NCBI GenBank assembly: GCA_963730935.1
Contig: CAVSTP010000003.1
Span: 448,001 to 512,000, forward strand
Direction of reading: 5' to 3'
Source of the DNA: an uncultured Nitrospiraceae bacterium
GTDB taxonomy: Bacteria > Nitrospirota > Nitrospiria > Nitrospirales > Nitrospiraceae
DNA: 64,000 bases
Part shown: piece by piece, positions 58,716-64,000 of the stretch
How positions within the stretch are numbered: position 1 is the stretch's first letter
Layout: each line of letters starts with the position of its first letter
Made by a program: the position numbers and the translations under genes
Notes under the pieces: model-generated
Databases searched by the model: none
The model's input: the letters and a program-made list of their open reading frames with translations, nothing else
What the model was told of the DNA's origin: nothing

Positions 58716-59132
58716 GTGCGTCATCGAAAAAAAGGCAGACAACTCGGTCGACAGACCAAACACCGCTGGGCGTTGTTCAGAAGCCTGGTGACCTCGCTGC
58801 TCGAACATGAGCGGATTGAAACCACCGAGGCGAAGGCGAAAGAAATTCGCGGCTTTACCGACCGCATGATCACGTTGGGCAAAGACGGCTCTTTGCCGGC
58901 CCGGCGTCGGGCGCTCAGCTTCCTGCGGAGCAAAGACGTCGTCTCGAAGCTGTTCAGCGATGTCGCAGGCCGGTTCAAGGATCGGCCCGGCGGCTATACG
59001 AGAATGGTGAAAACCCGCCGGCGGATCGGCGATGCCGCCGAGTTGGTCGCCATCGAGTTGGTGGCCAGAGCCGAAGCGGCGCCCCCGAAAAAATCCGCTG
59101 CGACTCCCGCCAAGACAGAAAAGTCCGAGTAG
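58716..59132 (+). CDS. rplQ: 50S ribosomal protein L17
   Basis: RHRKKGRQLGR, IETTEAKAKE, RPGGYTR. Confidence 0.97.
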   Translation: MRHRKKGRQLGRQTKHRWALFRSLVTSLLEHERIETTEAKAKEIRGFTDRMITLGKDGSLPARRRALSFLRSKDVVSKLFSDVAGRFKDRPGGYTRMVKTRRRIGDAAELVAIELVARAEAAPPKKSAATPAKTEKSE

Positions 59133-59153
59133 GTCCCACAAGGGACCTACTCG
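59126..59153 (+). terminator. Hairpin ending the ribosomal protein supercluster (no strong U tract)
   Basis: CGAGTAGGTCCC-ACAA-GGGACCTACTCG perfect 12-bp stem overlapping the rplQ stop. Confidence 0.6.
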
Positions 59154-59278
59154 TCGGTATCCCGCATCATCGCTGCCTGTTTCGTGGCTCCGTTCGGGCG
59201 TCAGAGTTTACTTGCCTCGGGCCTCCTGCTATTATCGTGCCAGTCATTTTCCTGCCCAAGAGAGGAACGGACAACGCT

Positions 59279-59851
59279 GTGTGGCAGCGGTTGGCACAAC
59301 GGATCTTATTGGGGCTCAGCGTCCTTCTGGGGTGCCTGCTGATCTATCTACTCCTGACCAATTCCACGGCCTCTCCGCCTCCGACGGCCACCGCACCGGG
59401 AACCATCAACCAGGCCGATGCTATCATCTCCAAATTCACCTTTACCCAGACCAAGGGCGACAAGGTGCAGTGGCAGGTTGATGCTCAGCAGGCTCGTCTG
59501 TTCGAGCAGGACAAAAAGGCGATCCTGGACAACGTGGCCGTCACCTTATTCGGGGTCCAGGGCAGAGAGCTGACGGTCCATGGCGACGAGGGCACGTTGA
59601 ATACCGAGACCAAGAACTTTCTCCTGGCCAATCGCTCAGAACCGCTGGTGATTTACACCCAAAGCGGCTACACCATCTATACCAACCACCTGGTGTGGAC
59701 GGATCAAACCCGGGAAATTCGCACGCAGGATCCTGTCCATATCGTCGGACATGGTCTGGATGTCAAAGGTCGCGGCCTCTTGGGTCATCTCGATACGGAA
59801 GAATTCGAAGTGCTTGAGGACGTGCATGTGGAAGTGGCTCCTGTTTCTTAA
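59279..59851 (+). CDS. lptC: LPS export ABC transporter periplasmic protein LptC
   Basis: Single N-terminal TM plus beta-jellyroll-like sequence; precedes lptA-lptB; start uncertain. Confidence 0.85.
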   Translation: MWQRLAQRILLGLSVLLGCLLIYLLLTNSTASPPPTATAPGTINQADAIISKFTFTQTKGDKVQWQVDAQQARLFEQDKKAILDNVAVTLFGVQGRELTVHGDEGTLNTETKNFLLANRSEPLVIYTQSGYTIYTNHLVWTDQTREIRTQDPVHIVGHGLDVKGRGLLGHLDTEEFEVLEDVHVEVAPVS

Positions 59852-60395
59852 CGGTCTGATATTGGCGACGATGACGGCCGCTCTGGCCGCCGTGGAGCCG
59901 GCCTCCAACGCCGTTTCGGACCCGGCGGTGGGCACGACCGTCATTTCGCAGAAAATGACGTTCAAGAATCAGGAGAGCCAGGCGGTCTTCGATGGAGCGG
60001 TGGTGCTGACCCGCGGCACGCTCGTCGTCTATTCTGACCGGATGGTCGTGTCTTTCCGCAGCCAGGAAGCGGGCACCGATTCCAAGAAGCCCGCTGAGGT
60101 CGGGAAAAGCCCGACGACGCCGGCGAAAGGTCCTGATACCGTCTCGAACCGCGCCGTGACTCAGATCGAAGCGACCGGACGCGTCAAGATCGAGCGGGAT
60201 GCCGGCAATGCCACATGTCAGAAGGCCGTGTATTATCGCGAGGAAGACAAGATCGTCCTGACGGGCGATCCGGTTGCCTGGGACAAAGGGACCAGAGTCA
60301 GTGGCAAGCGCATCACCATGTTCTTGTCGGAAGACCGGACCGTGGTCGAAGGCGGTTCCCGCGTGAGAATTGAGCCTGAGGGAGGAGCGAAGTGA
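59826..60395 (+). CDS. lptA: LPS transport periplasmic protein LptA/OstA family
   Basis: Signal peptide; [28 protein letters not shown]. Confidence 0.88.
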   Translation: MWKWLLFLNGLILATMTAALAAVEPASNAVSDPAVGTTVISQKMTFKNQESQAVFDGAVVLTRGTLVVYSDRMVVSFRSQEAGTDSKKPAEVGKSPTTPAKGPDTVSNRAVTQIEATGRVKIERDAGNATCQKAVYYREEDKIVLTGDPVAWDKGTRVSGKRITMFLSEDRTVVEGGSRVRIEPEGGAK

Positions 60396-61174
60396 CGGAA
60401 GCGGTGCGTACCGAATCCGGAATGGAAGGTGTCGCACATACTCGCGCATCCCGGGCTGTCCTTCGCGCGGACGGCCTGGTCAAGAGTTTTCGCTCCCGTA
60501 AAGTGGTGAAGGGCGTATCGGTCGACGTGGCAGCCGGTGAAGTGGTGGGGTTGCTGGGTCCGAACGGAGCCGGCAAGACGACGATTTTTGACATGATCGT
60601 TGGATTGACGCAGCCGGACGAAGGCACCATTATGCTCAACAGCGAACCGATCACGGCGCTGCCCATGTTCAAACGCGCCCGAAACGGGATCGGCTATCTT
60701 CCGCAGGAGTCCTCCGTGTTTCGCCGGCTGTCCGTTCAAGACAATATCCTAGCAATTCTGGAAATGCTGGATTACTCTCGTTCGGAGCGGGCGGAACGGG
60801 TGGATGCCTTGCTCAACGAACTCGATCTCGGGCACATCAGGACCAGTATGGCCTACGCGCTTTCCGGCGGCGAACGCCGCCGGTTGGAAATTACCCGGGC
60901 CTTGGCGACCAATCCCACGTTCATGTTGCTCGATGAACCGTTTGCCGGGATCGATCCGATTGCCGTCGCCGACATTCAACAGATCATCATCAGACTCAAA
61001 GGCAAAGGCATCGGCATTCTCATCACCGATCACAATGTGCAAGAAACGCTGTCGATTACCGACCGCGCATATATCATCAATGAAGGTCTGGTTCTGGAAG
61101 CCGGCTCTCCCGACATGATCGTGAAGAGCGAGAGGGCACGCGCAGTGTATTTGGGCGAACGATTCACTCTGTAA
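60392..61174 (+). CDS. lptB: LPS export ABC transporter ATP-binding protein
   Basis: [40 protein letters not shown]. Confidence 0.96.
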   Translation: MTEAVRTESGMEGVAHTRASRAVLRADGLVKSFRSRKVVKGVSVDVAAGEVVGLLGPNGAGKTTIFDMIVGLTQPDEGTIMLNSEPITALPMFKRARNGIGYLPQESSVFRRLSVQDNILAILEMLDYSRSERAERVDALLNELDLGHIRTSMAYALSGGERRRLEITRALATNPTFMLLDEPFAGIDPIAVADIQQIIIRLKGKGIGILITDHNVQETLSITDRAYIINEGLVLEAGSPDMIVKSERARAVYLGERFTL

Positions 61175-61190
61175 CGGTACGTCTCATCCG

Positions 61191-62714
61191 ATGAAGCTTC
61201 GTCTCGATCTCCGGCTCAGTCAAAAATTGATCATGACGCCGCAGTTGCAGCAGGCGATCAAGCTGCTGCAGTTGTCGCGCCTGGAACTTCAGCAGAGTCT
61301 GGCGCAGCATCTGATGGATAATCCGCTCCTGGACGAGCTGCCGGAAGAGGCGGAAGAGAACGAATCTGCCACGGCGGAGGAACAAGCGGAGGAGGCGGCG
61401 GCAGCCGCCGCATCACCGACGACTGAAACGCCCGAAGCGGAAACCTCCGCACCGGAAGAACGCGAGAACCCTGACGAAGTGTCTGCCGCCGGTTGGGAGG
61501 AGTACTTCGGCACTGATCGGCGGACAGGCAGCGGGGAAGGCCAATCCTCGTCATCGGACGAATTTCCTTCCTACGAGCAGACCGTTGCCAAGGCGGCGTC
61601 GTTGGAAGACCACTTGCTCTGGCAACTGTCGATGTCCGGGTTATCGGAACGCCATAAGGCAATCGGGCGTTTGCTGATCGGCAATCTCGACGATGACGGT
61701 TATCTCCGGACACCGATGTCCGAAATCGTCAGCGGGACGGATTTCAGTGAAACGGAAGCCGAGTCCGTCCTCCATGACATCCAAACATTCGACCCAACCG
61801 GCGTCGGTGCGAGAGATCTGCCCGAATGCCTGATGCTGCAGCTTGGCCATTTGGGCAAGAGCCCCATGGGATCGCTGGGCGCCCGTCCAGGCGCGCTCAA
61901 AGGGTCGATCGTCGAAGCGGTGGTCCTGCATCATTTGAAAGATCTGGAAAAGAAGCAGTATGCGAAAATCGCGAAGGCCCTGGATGTGACCGTGGCCGAG
62001 GTGTTCCAGGCCACGAAGGTCATCGAAGGGCTCGAGCCCAAACCCGGCCGGCCGTTTTCCAATACGCAAAACTATGTGATCGTGCCCGACGTGTTCGTCG
62101 TAAAGAACGAAGGCGAATGGGTCGTCCTCTTGAACGATGACGGATTACCACGGATGCGCATCAGCCCCTATTATAAGCAGATGATGGCGACCGGCGAGGG
62201 CGGATCCTCGGAAACGAAAGCGTACCTGGACGAGAAGCTGCGGGCCGCGCAATGGGTGATCCGCAGCATCGAGCAGCGCAATAAGACCATCGTGAAGGTG
62301 GTGACCAGCATCGTCAAGTTTCAGGAGCAGTTTTTTGAAAAGGGAATCCAGTATCTGAGACCGCTGGTGTTGAAGCAGGTGGCTGAAGACATTGGCATGC
62401 ATGAGTCCACGATCAGTCGGGTCACGGCCAATAAGTATATGTATTGTCCGCAGGGCATGCTGGAGCTCAAGTTCTTTTTCAATGCCGGCCTGCAACGGGC
62501 GGACCAGCCCACCGGCGACATGCTGTCGTCGGTCACGGTTCGGGAGATGATCAAGAAAATGGTGGCGGAAGAGGATGCCAACCATCCCCTCAAAGACGAA
62601 GAAATCGCCGCGCGATTGCGTGAGCGCCAGGTGCTGATCGCCCGACGAACGGTCGCTAAGTACCGGGCTGAAGAAAACATCCCGCCAGCCACCCAACGCA
62701 AGCGGTTTTTCTAG
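61191..62714 (+). CDS. rpoN: RNA polymerase sigma-54 factor
   Basis: MTPQLQQAIKLLQL, HESTISRVT, RpoN box ARRTVAKYR. Confidence 0.98.
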   Translation: MKLRLDLRLSQKLIMTPQLQQAIKLLQLSRLELQQSLAQHLMDNPLLDELPEEAEENESATAEEQAEEAAAAAASPTTETPEAETSAPEERENPDEVSAAGWEEYFGTDRRTGSGEGQSSSSDEFPSYEQTVAKAASLEDHLLWQLSMSGLSERHKAIGRLLIGNLDDDGYLRTPMSEIVSGTDFSETEAESVLHDIQTFDPTGVGARDLPECLMLQLGHLGKSPMGSLGARPGALKGSIVEAVVLHHLKDLEKKQYAKIAKALDVTVAEVFQATKVIEGLEPKPGRPFSNTQNYVIVPDVFVVKNEGEWVVLLNDDGLPRMRISPYYKQMMATGEGGSSETKAYLDEKLRAAQWVIRSIEQRNKTIVKVVTSIVKFQEQFFEKGIQYLRPLVLKQVAEDIGMHESTISRVTANKYMYCPQGMLELKFFFNAGLQRADQPTGDMLSSVTVREMIKKMVAEEDANHPLKDEEIAARLRERQVLIARRTVAKYRAEENIPPATQRKRFF

Positions 62715-62754
62715 CCCGGATTCGGGACGCTGCAGAATTTCCAGCTGAAGGAGC

Positions 62755-63261
62755 ATGTGGATGAAGATTACCGGTCGACATATGGATGTAACGCCCGCGC
62801 TCAAGCGGTATATCCGCGCGCGTTTTGAACGGCTCGAGCGCTACGATGTCTCACCCGATCGTTTGGAGATCGTGCTGAGTGTGACCAAGCTCCAGCATAC
62901 GGCGGAGGTGGTCTGCTCGATCAGAGGGAAGCGGTTTCAGGCCAAAACGTCGACGCGAGAAATGTACGCCACGGTCGACCAGTTGGTGGATCGCCTGGAT
63001 GGACAAATCAGGAAGTACAAGGAACGACGCGCCGAGCACAAGGGACGGCAGAAACGAGCATTGCCAGCCCAGCCGCAGACGACCGATTCCGAAGAGCTGA
63101 GAATCGTGCGTCCGAAGATCGCTGTGCTGTCACGGAGCGAGGCGCGAAACCGCCTGGACGCAGGTCCCGGGGCGATGGTGTTGTTTACCTGCGCGGATTC
63201 GGGGAAGCTACAGATTCTTAGGCGCTCAGAGACCGGTCACGTCGTCTTGATTGATCCCTGA
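62755..63261 (+). CDS. hpf: Ribosome hibernation promoting factor, long form
   Basis: ITGRHMDVTPALK.YI, MYATVD...D.L..QIRKYKER plus C-terminal domain ending LIDP. Confidence 0.9.
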   Translation: MWMKITGRHMDVTPALKRYIRARFERLERYDVSPDRLEIVLSVTKLQHTAEVVCSIRGKRFQAKTSTREMYATVDQLVDRLDGQIRKYKERRAEHKGRQKRALPAQPQTTDSEELRIVRPKIAVLSRSEARNRLDAGPGAMVLFTCADSGKLQILRRSETGHVVLIDP

Positions 63262-63271
63262 GGGGGCCGGA

Positions 63272-64000
63272 ATGCCAGGACTCAAGCTCGTGGTGATCAC
63301 CGGTCTTTCGGGAGCCGGCAAGTCTCACGCGCTGAAATGTTTCGAGGACGTCGGCTATTTTTGCGTCGATAACCTGCCCCCGGCCCTCCTTCCGACCTTC
63401 GTCGAACTCTGTCACCAACAGGGTGGGGAAATCAAAAATGTCGCGCTTGGCATCGACATCCGAGAACGGGTGTTTTTCGCCGACCTCACCAGCATCCTTC
63501 AGCGCATCAAAGACCTGGGCCACTCGGTGGAGCTGCTGTTCCTCGAAGCCCGCGATGCCGTGCTGGTGCGGCGATTCTCGGAGTCGCGGAGACCGCATCC
63601 TCTGCTGCCGGAATTACCCGTCCTCGAAGGGGTGCGCTTTGAAAAGGAACGGCTTTCGGAAATTCGGTCCCACGCCGACCGCATCATTGATACCTCAAAT
63701 CTCAGTGTGCACGATTTACGGGATCTCCTAAGCCGGCACTTCAGCCACGAAGAAGCGACCCGCCGCCTCACAATATCCCTCATCACGTTCGGGTACAAGT
63801 TCGGCGTTCCCTACGACATTGATCTCCTGTTCGACGTGCGGTTTCTGCGCAATCCGTACTTCGTTCCGGATCTCAAGCCGCTGACGGGAGAAGATCCACG
63901 GGTCCGCAGCTACGTCCTCGAGGATCCCGATGCCAAAGGCTTTCTTGATCGGTTGGAAGCATTCTTCACTTTCCTCATTCCGCTGTTCGAGCGGGAACGT
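63272..64000 (+). CDS. rapZ: RNase adapter RapZ/YvcJ P-loop protein, truncated by the window end
   Basis: Manual translation VVITGLSGAGKS, EDVGYFCVDNLP, RRFSESRRPHPL, FGYKFGVP, DVRFLRNP. Confidence 0.95.
   Translation, partial: MPGLKLVVITGLSGAGKSHALKCFEDVGYFCVDNLPPALLPTFVELCHQQGGEIKNVALGIDIRERVFFADLTSILQRIKDLGHSVELLFLEARDAVLVRRFSESRRPHPLLPELPVLEGVRFEKERLSEIRSHADRIIDTSNLSVHDLRDLLSRHFSHEEATRRLTISLITFGYKFGVPYDIDLLFDVRFLRNPYFVPDLKPLTGEDPRVRSYVLEDPDAKGFLDRLEAFFTFLIPLFERER

Overview
A roughly 60% GC bacterial chromosomal window, most likely from Nitrospira/Nitrospirota (inferred from protein sequence style, the small CxxC paralogues and the unusual EF-Tu switch-I loop; not confirmed by any search). 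Bases 1-8.6 kb are accessory: an NtrC-family 3' end, a three-gene cluster (degenerate PD-(D/E)xK-fold protein, stand-alone Lrp/AsnC ligand-binding domain, lipoprotein), and an apparently lower-GC decayed island next to tRNA-Arg(CCT). The island carries a DUF6502/DUF5666 pair preceded by a perfect 22-bp palindrome, an atypical receiver protein, a broken tyrosine integrase and an Ig-repeat lipoprotein. Bases 8.7-25.4 kb hold a disrupted Cys-repeat gene, a Gld-like ABC system, rlpA, two HEAT-repeat genes, glgP, a CruF-like gene, a UvrD/PcrA helicase and a putative secreted zinc peptidase. Bases 25.7-59.1 kb are the contiguous translation/transcription supercluster (tRNAs-tuf-rpmG-secE-nusG-rplKAJL-rpoBC-str-S10-spc-alpha), followed by lptCAB-rpoN-hpf-rapZ. 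The most striking observation is that rplJ and rplL form one uninterrupted 311-codon ORF (uL10-bL12 fusion) that still has an internal Shine-Dalgarno sequence and ATG for free bL12.
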